In this document: positions 10,690 to 23,899 of the stretch, piece after piece
How positions within the stretch are numbered: the stretch's first letter is position 1
Layout of the letters: each line of letters begins with the position of its first letter
NCBI GenBank assembly: GCA_002104905.1
Contig: MCFE01000179.1
Span: forward strand, 62,001-126,000
Length of the DNA stretch: 64,000 nucleotides
Source: Basidiobolus meristosporus CBS 931.73
Lineage: Eukaryota; Fungi; Basidiobolomycota
Direction: 5' to 3'
Position numbers and translations under genes: made by a program
The notes under the pieces: model-generated
Told to the model about the DNA's origin: nothing
Seen by the model: the letters and a program-made list of their open reading frames with translations, nothing else
Database searches by the model: none

Positions 10690-13600
10690 TTTATCAATAT
10701 ACCAGCTTATTGATTAGTATGATTACTGCTACCTGCTGCTGCCTGAACTTTCAATTCCAGACCACAGTACACTCCTAGGAGACCATGCTGACAGCTAACT
10801 GGCCTAGGAAGCACTACTTGTGAGGAATTCCCACAGTATGTGCTCCCTATGAGAAATAATTGTGATGATCCCATCAAAAGGCCTCCACAATTTCTAAGTC
10901 CAGTGACCAAGAGGTATTGATCACATCAGGATGCCACACAAAGACCATTGGAAAGTAATTGACCCCTGAATTTCACAAAAAACTTGGTCAAAATTTTTCA
11001 TCACAACAATACAAAAGTGGCTTTTGAATTGTTTGCTGCCAATTTTTACATTTCTGATCTCAGACACTCTATTGCCTCCTATGCTTGTGTGTATTGATTG
11101 GCCATTGCCTCTTTTTCACACTTCTTACTTCCTGAGTCAACTGTTTCTCTTACATTCCATGCTTACAAATTGATTCACTTACATTGAAATTTTGGTTGCT
11201 CCTCAATTGCCATTTGTATTAACCTATACAAGTCTCTATTCCCTACACTATCATTACGCCTACCTACACACTCAACAAGTAACTCTATTAAAATCCATTA
11301 CTCAATAAGTATTTCAGCTATGAAGCTCTGTTTCTATGACTTTTGCAGGAATCCTGCAACTTCATGCCACTGTGCATTCACTGGTACCTATACATCCAGG
11401 TCTTCAGCCAGCACTGCAAGGTCTAGCACCTCAACTGCCAGTCTTTGCAATAAATCCTTGCAATGCTCAAATGCATTTTCTTGAACACTGCACTTGACAA
11501 AGTGCTGCAGCATCTTTGTGTGCCTAATAAGATTCCAAGGTTTCACTTGATGCATTGTAGTAACATATGAGTACTTGAAGCTGTTTTGTTGTTGTTCAGT
11601 AGAATATCCACTTGGTCCACAATTGAGGATGTGAAGGCTGTGTTAGACAAATTGCTTTTCTCTGCAAACTCATTTACATCATTGGAGTGTTGCCCAACTG
11701 ATTGCACTTCCAGCTCTTGTGAATACAGCTGTTTTCTTGTTGGTAATTTTTCTTGGCAATGATGGCATTCAGTTGGTTCTGGGTTTGCAGTGTTAATTGG
11801 CAAGAGCTGCAGCTTTTCCTCATGCTTCCCTGTCTTTGGCTTGGGAAAACTTCTATCTCTTTGCCTTTACCTTATGATTGCTGGGTCTTTCACTGCTACT
11901 CATATTAAGCTACTTTCTCTCCTTGATAAATGCTGCTCTGATGCATTTGTTTTGGCCAGCTTGTCTCTTGCTGGCTCCCTACAGACAACCCGACACTTTT
12001 TTCCTGCTTGTTTTGTGCTCTCAGCCAAAGTTGTGATGGGCTCCTGAGGTAGCCGCAGGTTTGACCACTGCCAGGTCCTTCACTGGTACTTTGACTGAGT
12101 GCTTCCTGAGTGGAAAAACACTTTTTCCTTGATAATGTAGTGCTGGTGTATCTGGGTCTGCCTGCTTGTCCCTTATTGGCACTCTTCCAGCTACCTGATG
12201 TCTCCATGACACTTGTTTGGCACTTTTAGCCATGCTTGTAACAGGATTTTGAGGAAGCCACTGGTTTTTAGCCATTGCACTCTTGTTGTTCTGCATTTGA
12301 TAGTTCCTGCCATTCTTGAGATACTTTCTTAGGATACCAATGCTGGCCTATAATCTGTTTGCTTGTTTGAGTCTAGCATAATGCTCTTAGGGCAAGTTAA
12401 GTGCATTCTGCTTGGCCTTGAGTTCCTGATGGTCCTATGGTATGCAGGTCTTCAGGTGCTGTTATGCTAGACTTCTAATAGGCTCTTGAATATTAGCCCA
12501 CTCTACATCATTGCAGAAAATGGCTTCACAGATCTTCTATTACTTTTGACTCTTGGGCTTGGGTATAAACACAACATTTTCTACCTCCCATGCTGTGATA
12601 GATTTTTGTATGGGCTTTATTTTTGGGGACTGTTGTTGTGCTTCAGTGACTGTGCAGTGTTCTGTTGTGTTACATTATGATTAGTTTGGGGCTTGTTCTA
12701 TGATGTAGAGGCTAATCAACAATGAACAATAGCTTCCAGTATGCTAATACTAAAATAGTTTATTGGGAGACTGATTTACCAATGGAAGATATAACTTTCA
12801 CTAATATCCTCAATCTTAGGCTCAAATATACTGTAGGCAGTGCTTCTCACTTGTACAGTAGTGTTCTGACCTTTGGTCAACTGTTGGGCCTATGTACTTT
12901 TATAGTAACTTTTCCTTACTCAAAAGTCACTTTCCCTTCTAAGAGAATATTTCACAATATGGAAACTCTGAACTCCTCTTTGCCATAAAGGGGTGTGGGG
13001 TAGAAGTCTCAAGCAGTCTTTAGACCTTAAGGGGTGACTAAAGGGGTGTCTTTAGAGGAGAGGGGCTACTGACAGTTGTCTCTTAAGTGAACTTTACACT
13101 AAAGAGGTGTCTAAAGGGGCTTCTTTAGAGTAAAGAAGCTTCTTAAAGAAGTCTCTAGAGGGGTCTTTAGACCAAAGGGATTGTCTTGGAGTGAAGGGAG
13201 CTCTTAGAGGGGACATTGCTGACAGAAAAGTGGTAATTTTCTTGTGGAACTTAGATTGTATTCATGTGAGATTTGCAGTCTCTTTACTGATGTAGTACCA
13301 ATCAGAGTCAGAATACTGAGCAGTGCAAGTGATGCAAGGGAAGTCATACAGCCTTTAAACTTGTAACTGTAGTGTGGAGATCCTGGAAAGTGAGGCTCTC
13401 CTTTATGTTTCAGCCAGGGACGTCAAATACATGAAAATTCTCAAGGATCAAAGTTTTTGGGCAATTGCACAAGCAATACATGTGATACAAAGCTAAACTC
13501 TTGCAGTGGAGCAGATTGGACATAGGCACAGATCCATTGAATATTTCATGTGATTTAATTGGCTAGTTTGAGAGTGATATGCAATCAAAGTCACCGTAAT

Positions 13601-15790
13601 AATCCCAGCAACAGAGGCACAGTGGAACTGGTTATTAGACTCTTTTGATGATAACTCCTCAAGTATTGCCTCAAATGGGCTGTAATTTAAAACATGCATT
13701 GGCTACAGAGTGTTCTGCATGACTTTAATACTATCAGGTGGACTACCTGTCCGGATCTTAAGCATTTGTACTTCAAATTTGGAATTTCTGAGCTTTCATT
13801 TGTGTGTTACAATAGCATAAGTAAAACAAAGAAATGAGTGCAATATTGGTTTAGAGATTTTGTAGTAATGGAATGCTTTCCATTACCACAGCTCCCCTGC
13901 TGTTAAATTGGAAAATGGCTCAATTCTTGGCTGTGGCACTGAGCTACTTGCATTCCTTCTTTGCAGCAAAGATTCTAATTTGCCTACCCGGGATGTTGAT
14001 TGCCCTAAACATATTATCTGCTCTGCCTGTTTCTATACTATTGCCTGATTTGCATTGCTGTTAGTAGTGGGGTTTGGTTGGTAACCAGACAAGTTTGCTT
14101 TATTTATAATGCCAACTATGGCAGGTGATCATTGAATCTTACATTTATATAGGTGCAATGTCTCAAATACAAGGCTGGCTTAAATTCACATCAGTATTGA
14201 TAAAATAATGATATAATATCATTAAGCTGATGAATGTCAAGCCTTTTGTCCCATGGACAAGACTACTTTGATTCAATGCTATAAGAGAAGAGAAAAAGAC
14301 CATGTGGCTATTGTAGCAAGCCTCTCTGCAATCAAGCACACAGATACCACATGACCACCATTTTGGCACGTAAGTCTTATTTGATCATTCATCAGTCACT
14401 ACCGTACCAACAATATTTTGCTGGCCAGCTGATACTTCTATAATGGCAACTGGCTATACTTGTTACCTTGTGCAAGCTGAGTCATGTGAGTTTGTGACAC
14501 CTTTAGGCTTACCCCAGCCTTATAAGTATGGAGCACCAAATGATAGCTCTGAAAAAGAAGGCTCACTGATGGAATCCGAGACTATCTCTCCTGACAAGTG
14601 CACCCTGCATGAGCCTGACAAAATACCAATATGCAATGTGACAAGACTTGTGGAAAAAATGCCAAGGAGACCATATGGAGTCATGTGAGCCCACTAATCC
14701 ATCTACTGGCTACTGATGTGATCTTGCGGCTAGAGAAGTGGTGAATCTCCACTAATATCAGTAATGGGGACTTTGAGGATCTACCACTACTTCTTGCCAA
14801 AATCATGCCAGAATGCAACTTATCAAGTGCATGGTACAATTAGACAATCATCACGTGGCTGGCAGAACATGACCCAGTGACTCTCTGGATACCAACATGT
14901 GCTGATAGTTACTAAGTATTCACATCAGGAAATGCTACTGTTGCAAGGTGTCCAACTTGTCAGAGATTCACCACCATTTGGGGAAAACCTCATTCATACT
15001 CCAGCTATATTCTGGTAATATCCCATCAAAAGTAGCTTATGCAGTCCAACAAATATTGTGAAGCTATAAAGTACTGTACTCATTATCAATCAAGTGCAAA
15101 TATATTCAATATATCCAATGGCACACATTACAAACAGCTAAGAAGCAAGCGCTACCTTGAAGATATGTATGACCTTGCTTTTGCCTTGGCACTTGAAGAT
15201 TTTAATTATATAAGTACTCTACCTGCAAATCCTGCTGGCCACCAATTATGATTTTCTAGTATCTGCTGCCTATATTATGGTATCAGAGCCAAAATCTGAT
15301 GGTATAAAAATGTATATGTTACGAGCAGTACAAGGTATATGGCAACTGTGCAAGTTTCACACTAAATAACTGTAAAGTTAAGGTGATAGAAGTATATTAA
15401 TTACAGCAGGTGTGTGTGTTTGTAGAGGTTAATAATTGTGAGGCCATAGTTTTTGGTTTGAACTATATGCAGAATACCCATGTAGTGGTGGGTAATCAAA
15501 TAACAAGGATATATTCTACAGTGGAATATATGAGTTGTGCAAGGAGAGGCTGAAAAGGGAAATCCTTTTTGGCTAATTGGTATGGTAATAATATACAGAA
15601 CTAGCTGTAGGGTGCAATACTGCCATAATAATGTCAACAGAGGCTTGCAATGAGGTCCTCAAAACACTGTCAGGTTTTTTGCCATATAAGGCAACTGGAT
15701 ATACTGGCAGCTTAGATCCGCTCAATTAGTTGTACAGAGCATTAACACTGCAACAATGCCCTGCAAGCCTCAGCACAACACTATGCAAAC
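10690..15790. mobile_element. Family A copy: ORF2 on minus (10.7-14.1 kb, split by solo LTR C2) and internally deleted transposase on plus (ATG 14158 to ~15.8 kb)
   Basis: Aligns to the copies at 16-18.8, 23.6-27.7 and 38.5-41.2 kb. Transposase motifs LAFALALEDF and LMILxxICC correspond to Transposase_21 LAL..DGF...PLIL. Confidence 0.7.
12663..13890 (-). mobile_element. Large solo LTR (family C, copy 2) with a different 140-bp cargo (13597-13736)
   Basis: TGTGGTAATGG...CACAACA on minus; 4-bp TSD GTTC/GCTC. Removing it restores family A ORF2 sequence (gactgtgcagtGTTCccctgctg; compare 17817-17840). Confidence 0.85.
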
Positions 15791-15899
15791 ACGGTCTTAT
15801 TTTAAATTTATTTTGTACTAAAACTAGCCAAATGCCATTGTGATTGGATTGGATCAACCTGTGGGGCCAAATTGTTTTTGAAAGGAGTCTTTATTTTAT

Positions 15900-18790
15900 G
15901 TGATGGTCTCCCAAGTTTGGTCTTTTACAGTCAAACATACTTTTTTGTCTTTGTAACTATTGACCACAGCACACTCTTATAAAGTCCCTGCTGGTGGGGT
16001 TTGTAGTTGCCTTGACTTTGGAAACTTTAGTACATTGTGATCTCAAAGGATGCTGAATTCAGAACATACTACTATTAGGATGCCAACTAAGTTGGGGATT
16101 GTAGCTCAATAGTTTTCCCTTCATAAGCTTGTGGCTTTATTCCCCTTCACCTCATCATATGATCCCATCAAAATGCCATCACAAAGTTAAAGTCCGGTGA
16201 CTAAGAGGTACTGATCCCATCAGGACATCATAGAGTGACTGTTGGAAAATAATTGCACCCTAGATTTCACCAAAACCTTATTCAACACTTTTCAACACAA
16301 CAATACATAAGTGGGTTTTGATTGGTTCCCTGCCAACTCACGCACTTTTGGATCCCAGACACTTTATCACCTCCTATGTTTGTGTGCATTGATTGGCTTT
16401 TGCCTCTTTTTCACATTCCTTACTTCCTGACTCAACTGATTTTCTTACTTTTCATGCATACAAACTGATTTATTTCTGTTGACACCTCAGTTGTACCTCA
16501 GTTGCTAGTTGTATTGACCTGTACAAGTCCCTATTCCTACACTAACATGAAGTCCAATCCCATAATCAACAAGTAACTTCATTTGAATCCACCACTCAGA
16601 AAGTATTTCTGCTGTAGAGCTATGATTCCATGACTTTGGCGGGAACCCAACAGCTTTATGGCATTGTTCATGCACTGGCTTGCATATGTCCCGGTCTTCA
16701 GCCAACACTGCAAGGTCTAGCTCCTCATCTGGCAGTCTTTGCAATAAGTCCTTGCAAAATTCAAGTGCATTTTTGTAAGCACTGCTCTTGCAGGAGTGCT
16801 GCAACCTCTTGATGTGCCTATTGATGTTCCCAAACTTTACTGTAGGCATTGTGATGGTGATATGAGTTTTTGATGTTGTAGGCCTGTTTATCAGTGGCAT
16901 CTCTGCTATGTCAGTAATGGAGGACATGGAGGCTGCAGTGGACAAATTGCCTTTTTCTGTAAACTCATCTACCTTTCTGGAGTGTAGCTCAACTGGCTGC
17001 ACTTTCAACTCCCGTGAAAACAGCTGTTTCCTTATTAGTAACTCTTCTTTTATATGATGGAATTCAGTCTGTTCCATGCTTATGGTGTGAATTGGCAAGA
17101 ACTGCAGTTTTCTTGGCATGCTCCGCTGTCTCAGGCTTGGGTAGACATTTTTCCTTTTACCTTTTTCTCTAACACTGCCAGGTCTTTCATTGCTACTTTG
17201 CCTGAGTGAATCTTGTAATGAACTACATTTTTTATCACTGCCAGGTTCTTGATTGCTACCTTGACTGAGTGCTTCTTGAATGGGACTATGCATTTCCTTG
17301 ATAGATGTTGTGCTGGTGCATCTATGCCTGCCTGCTTATCTTTAATTGGCACTCTTGCAGCTACCTGACATCTCTTTATTGCTTTTCTGGAGCTTTCAGC
17401 CCTGCTTGTAACAGGCTCTTAAGGAAGCTGCTGGTTTTTTGCTATGTCACCTATGTTCTTCTGCCTTTCATAGTTTCTGCTATTCTTAAGATACTTACTT
17501 ATTATACCAATGCTGGCCCAAAATCTGTTTGCCCATATGAATCCAGGATAACGTGGATGGAAAAAGTCATGTGCATTCTGCTTGGCCTTGAGTTCCTGAT
17601 GGTCCCATGGTATGCCAGCCTTAAGGTGATGGCATGTTGGACTTCTGATAGCCTCTTGAATATTAGCGCACTCTTCATTGTTGCACTCATCAGCTTCACA
17701 TATCTTCAATGGATTTTGATTATTTGGCTTTGGTATAAACACCACATTGTCTCCCTCCCATACTGCAATAGGTTTTTCTGTGGCTTTATCTTTGGGCACT
17801 GTTGTTGTGCTTCAAAGACTGTACGGAGTTCCCCTGCTATTACATTGGAAAATGGCTCAATTCTTGGTTGTGACATTGAGCCACTTGAGTTCCTTCATTG
17901 CAGCAGAGATACTGCTTTCTCTACCAGGGATATGATTGCTCCACAGGCCTTATCTGCTCATCCTGTTTCTGGAGTATTTCCTAATTTCTTTGGGCCATTG
18001 CATCTATTATATCAGCCACTGCACCTAGTTGCTTAGTCAATGCTTTGGTTTGAGCTGACAACACACTTGCTAATATTGGTGGTTGTGATGCTATGATGGC
18101 CACTAGCTGGTCTTCCACTGAGTGTACCACATTTACTACACTCTCATCTTCCTGAGCCTAACAGTCAGCTTGCAGCTCTGCAGAGGTTCTCAATGACTAC
18201 TTGACTGAGAGCGTGAGGAGTCCGCATTATTATCTTCAATGGGCACACTGTCCGCAGGGCCTTATATGGATGTAGCCCTGCTTATTGCACTGAATGTCAT
18301 TGAAAGCTGTTGTCCAACCATTCTTCTGCTGCCGTCAGCAATGGGGTTTGGTTGGGAACCAGACACTATGCTTAATTTTTTGGCAGAATACATATCAAAG
18401 TGGGTCAGACCAAAGGGGAAATACTGTTAGATATACATTGTATGTGGCACCACAGCTTTGTTTATAATGCTTACGATGGCTGGTCATCCTTGAACCTTAC
18501 ATTCATATAGGTGCAATGTCTCAAGTACAAGACTGTTTAATATTCACAGGAGTATTGTCCAAAAAGGGATATAATAGCATTAGTTTGTTGATGGTCAAAC
18601 TGTTAGCCTGATGGACAAGTCTACTTTGATTCAATACTGTAAGAGAAGAGGAAAAGACCATGTGGCTATTGTAGTCAGCCTCTCAATCATGAGGTACACA
18701 GACAGCATAGGATGTATCACAATGATTTTGTTGAGTGTTTTGCCACACAAGATATATTTGACCATATATCTGTCACTACTGTACTAGCCC
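15900..18790. mobile_element. Family A copy: relatively intact ORF2 (minus, ATG ~18320) and truncated transposase start (plus, ATG 18516)
   Basis: ORFs 16505-17293 and 17419-17799 on minus; conserved ATGGTTGGACAACAGC start shared with 26775. Confidence 0.7.
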
Positions 18791-19099
18791 CTGTTAAGAA
18801 TAACTTGGTCCCGCAGGTGGCTCCAATACAGATCAGCCATCAGGATCCCATTTAGAGACCATATAATACCAGCAGCTTGGAATTGGCAAGCCTCCTAACA
18901 ATCTTAGGATGGGATCACAGCTGTGTATTGCTAATTTTACAACTAAATATAGGGATAAAACTGACTAGATCTAATTGGTGCTGTTACAATAATTGCATAG
19001 TATTGTTGCTGGCTTTTAGCGCTCTACAACTATTTTAAGTAGATCCAACTGGCCAGGACATCTAATACCTGTATATGGCAAGAAATTTGACAGTATTTT

Positions 19100-22000
19100 T
19101 GCTGAAATATTGGACTATTAGGTATCATTCAGCAGCTAAAAATTTACTTAACAATTCTAGACTAGTCTTAGTCACTGTACAACTCATTTACTGCCTTAAC
19201 TTTGCCACTTTCTCCAGATATATGATCTTATGATTATTCCCCTATAGTCAGGATCAAATTAGCACTATTACCAAACATTATGTACTAACCATGAAACTGT
19301 TACAGAATGCTCCTGAATATTGAGAAACCCTCCCTACTTAGTGTTGCAGCTGTATTACTTCTACAAAGGTATAAATACTGAGCTTCTTTATGAATAAACA
19401 ACAGTTCAACTATTATTACTATTTCTTGATAAGTTTGTTATATCCAAATCACTTCTTAAATTGCAACCGGTTATGAGCCCCAATTGCCTTAATCTATTCT
19501 AAAGATGACTTCTACCAGCAAAAAGAGCAATAGCAACTTCTTCCCTGTAAAGGAGAGGTTTGATGGGAAGAACTACAGACATTGGAGAATCAAGACACAG
19601 ATCCACCTTGAGGGAACAAAGCTTTGGAACAGAGTAACAGAAAAGGAACTTGAGCCCAAAGGAACAGCAGAAGATGTGGAGAAGTTTCAAGAGAAGGAGA
19701 GAAAGGCCTTCAATGCCATATGCAACAATGTGCAAGACTCCTTTATTGGACAAATCCATGCCTCAAATACTGCCAAAGCAGCATGAGAATCCTTAGAGAA
19801 GATCTTTAGAGCAAAGTCAGTATCAAGCAAGCTTTATTCAAAACAAAAGTTCTTCAGCATGAGGAAGAAGCCAGATGATGACATGCTACAACTCATTACC
19901 TAAATGGAGACACTTGCAGAAGAACTTTACAGTATTAATGCTGGTGTAGATGATGAAGAAAAGATACTCTGTCTGCTTAGCAGCCTTCCAGACAAGTATG
20001 AGCCACTTGTACTTTCTTTTGAAAGCAGAGAAGACAACTTGACTTTAGACTATGTCAAAGGAAGACTTCTCCATGAAGAACTCAGATGTTATTATCAAGC
20101 AGAGAAAATCAAAGATAATGCTTTATTCAGTTCAGAAAGGCACACAGAAAAGAAGGGAAAGCAACAAAACCAAAGAAAACCTGGCTGCTGTAACCACTGT
20201 AAAAAGCCAGGACACTGGGCAAGAGAATGCAAGACAAAACAAGCAGATGAAAAACAGAAACTAGAGCAGGCAAACCATATAACTACTGATGAACAGTTAT
20301 TTGTAACTGTACAAGAGAGTGCAAGTAACCAAAGTAATGAATGGTATATTGACTCTGGAGCATCACAGCATATTTGTGGTACAAAGGATTGGTTCAGCAA
20401 CTCAAAGACTATTCCCATAAGGAAGGCTTATCTGGGAGATAACTCTGCATTGGAAGCTACTGCCAGTGGGTCTATACAACTAAATATGAGTACTAACTCA
20501 GGGGCAACAACAGCAAAACTGACTGACGTACTCTATGTACCTGGAAGAGCTAAGAACCTACTCTCACTCAGTAAAGTAACTACTCAGGGACTGAAATTTG
20601 TTTTTACTAAGCTGAGCTGCTCAATATTGAGTGAAAATGGACAAAAATTAGCTTTGGGAATCAGAAATCACTATATATACAAGTTACAATGCAAGATCAT
20701 TGTACCTGATCATGTCAACATTGCGGAAACTGATGAAACCAACTGGGAGATGTGGCACAGGAGGCTAGGACACATAGGGGAACAGAAAATGAGCCAATTG
20801 GTGAAAAATCAACTAGTCTTGGGCCCAAGTTACACAATTCCAATCAAATTGAATGTCTGTAAGAGATGTTCATATGACAAACAAGCTAGGCAACATTTCA
20901 AGAGTTCAGGAGGCAGCAATACCGCTGAAACACTGTCAAGAACATGACAGAAATACAAACTGGGTGTGAATTGAAGGTGCTACAAAGTGAAAATGGAGGG
21001 GAATACTGCTCAAAAGAGTTTACAAAATACTGCTCATCTACTGGTATACTTCAACAGACCACTGTTCCTCATACTCCACAGCAAAATGGAGTAGCAGAAT
21101 GTGCAAATAGAATAATAGTAGACATGGGAAGATCTATGCTGCATGACAAGGGAATGGACTGCAAGTTTTGGGCTGAATCTGTTGCTACCGCTGTATACAT
21201 CAAGAACAGATGCCCAACAACAGCACTACGTGTTTCTATGCTCTTTGAAGCATATACAGGCAAATGACCAGATCTCCAGCACCTCAAGATCTTTGGCAGT
21301 TATGTTTTTTATCACATCCCTGACAAAAAACGCTCAAAGTTGGAGTCAAAGAGTAGGAAAGAGATCTCTCTTGGGTATTGTGATGATACTAAAGGGTATA
21401 GAGTGTATGATGGCAAAATTCAGAAGCTGATCAAGAGCAGGGATGTTGTATTTGAGGAGAACTCAGATCAGAAAGCCACAGAAATCATTGGCCAGCTGCC
21501 TAATGATGCAATCAACACTAATGAAGAAGATACGTACCAAATCCAGCCAGATACAGAAGATACTTCTACCAGTTTTAGATCAGAACATATTATCCCAGCT
21601 AGGAGATCTACCAGAATAAGAAATGCCCCTGGCTCCTGGTTGCAGACATCCAATGATCATGAAGAAGCTTATCTTTCCTTATGTGCCAAACCTCAGAATC
21701 TGGAACAGGCAATGCAAAGTCCAGATGCTACTAAGAGGCAACAAGCCATGCAGGAGGAGTACCAATCACTGATCAAGGCAAAAACGTGGGAACCGGTAGA
21801 TTTACCATATGGGAGAAAGCCAATAGGATGTAGATGGGTCTACAAGATCAAGATAACCTCAAATGGTGCCATTGATCAGTACAAGGCTAGATTGGTGGCT
21901 AAAGGCTATTCCCAGATCCAGCAACTAGACTTTAAGGAAACATTTGCTCGGGTTGCCAAGTTCAACTCTATTAGTACAGTTCTAGCCCTGTCAGCTGTAC

Positions 22001-23633
22001 ACAGTCTAGATCTACACCAAATGGATGTCAAAACCGCCATTCTAAATGGGGATTTGCAAGGAACTATATATGTGGAGCAACCAGAAGGCTTTACCAATCC
22101 AAAAGGCCCCCATAAGGTGCGCAAACTTAGAAAACTGCTGTATGGGCTTAAGCAGGCACCTAGAGCATGGTATAACAAGACTGACACATATCTAGAGGAA
22201 ATTGGGTTCTCTTGTAGCACTGCAGATCACAGCATATATGTGAAACAGCTCAAAAAGGGTGTGATCATCCTAGTTCTCTATGTGGATGACCAAATTATAG
22301 CCACAAGTGACCAAGAGGCACTTAAACAGACAAAATCCGATCTCTTCAGCAAGTTTGAGTTGAAAGATCTTGGAAAATTGAGCTATTTTCTTGGAATTGA
22401 GGTCAAATTTGACATACCTAAGCAGAAAATTGTGCTGAATCAGTCTCAGTACATCAGGGACATTCTTAGATGCTTCAAAATGGAAAATTGCAAACCTGCA
22501 GCAACCCCTATGGACAATAACCTGAAATTTAGCAAATCTCAGCCAGTTTTAGATGAAAACAGCTCAAATATGGACCAAAACGTTCCCTATCAATCATTGG
22601 TTGGTAGCCTAATGTACTTCATGGTGTCTACACGTCCAGATATTGCAGTTGCAGTTGGAATATTCAGTTAATTCATGCAGAATTATGGATAAGATGAAAT
22701 TGCAGCAGTTAAGTGGATTTTCAGATATCTACAAGGTACAATAAATATGGTACTGGAATACTCTGAGTAACTAATAGGCAAAAATTTGATGGTTATAGTG
22801 ATTCAGATTGGGGTAGGGATCTGATTGACAGATGCTCTACCACAGGCTATGTATTTCTTTATGCTGGTGCAGCTATTACTTGGAATTGCAAGAAACAACC
22901 AACTGTGGCCTTATCTACAACTGAAGCCAAATATATGACTGCATGTCAAGCAACTAAGGAGGCTCTATGGCTACAAGAATTATTCAAAGACTTAGGTTTT
23001 AATTGAGATGAACCAACATGTATTTACAAGGATAATCAAAGTTGTTCTTCATTAGCTAGAAATCCTACTAATCATGCCAGAACTAAGTACATTGATATAC
23101 AGCATCACTTTGTGAGGGAAGCTGTAGAGAATAACTTAGTGGAGTTAGTTTACTGCCCAACTGACAAAACGGTGGCAGACATATTGACAAAACCACTAGC
23201 TAGGCCACAGTTTGAGATCCTTAGAGAGAAATTGGGATTAAGAAATTATTTAGTTGAGGGGGAGTGTTGAAATATTGGACTATTATGTATCATTTAGCAG
23301 CTAAAAATTTACTTAACAATTCTAGACTAGTCTTAGTCACTGTACAACTCATTTACTGCCTTAACTTTGCCACTTTCTCCAGATATATGATCTTATGACT
23401 ATTCCCCTATAGTCAGGATCAAATTAGCACTATTACCAAACATTATGTACCAACCATGAAACTGTTACAGAATGCTCCTGAATATTGAGAAACCCTCCCT
23501 ACTTAGTGTTGCAGCTGTATTACTTCTACAAAGGTATAAATACTGAGCTTCTTTATGAATAAACAACAGTTCAACTATTATCACTATTTCTTGATAAGTT
23601 TGTTATATCCAAATCACTTCTTAAATTGCAACA
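19100..23633 (+). mobile_element. Ty1/copia LTR retrotransposon (family 2), young insertion with defective gag-pol
   Basis: LTRs 19100-19468 and 23265-23633 (369 bp, 7 mismatches counted). TSD ATTTT/ATTTC; PBS GGTTATGAGCCC at 19469; PPT AGTTGAGGGGGAG. Empty site matches 15.6-15.7 kb. Confidence 0.97.
19505..23253 (+). pseudogene. copia gag-pol pseudogene with in-frame stops and an integrase N-terminal deletion
   Basis: FDGKNYRHW; CCHC CNHCKKPGHWAREC; protease WYIDSGASQH; WHRRLGH; integrase SENGGEY and QNGVAECANR, but the HSD..GP/FIDD block is missing near 20940; RT QMDVKTAILNG and YVDD; RNase H. Confidence 0.95.
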
Positions 23634-23899
23634 ATTTCGACAGCCTCACATTGAGACTCTGATGGTATTATATTGGTAATATGACAGCCTACAGCTGGTT
23701 CTGTATAATGCTACTGTACCAATTAACCAAATGGTATTTCCTTTTCTACCTTCCCTTGTGCAATTCATAAATTCCACTGTAAAATCACCCCTCTTTATTT
23801 GCTTACACACTACTACCTTGGGTATTCCACATATAGTTTGAGTTCAAATACAATGGCCTCCTGCTTACTAACCTCTACAAATGCGCACACCAGCTATAA

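Noticed and set aside
17305-18036. 243-aa hydrophobic ORF resembling a membrane protein
   Set aside because: It is the antisense shadow of transposon ORF2; the frame is not kept open in sister copies, and CpG/stop depletion favours such shadows.
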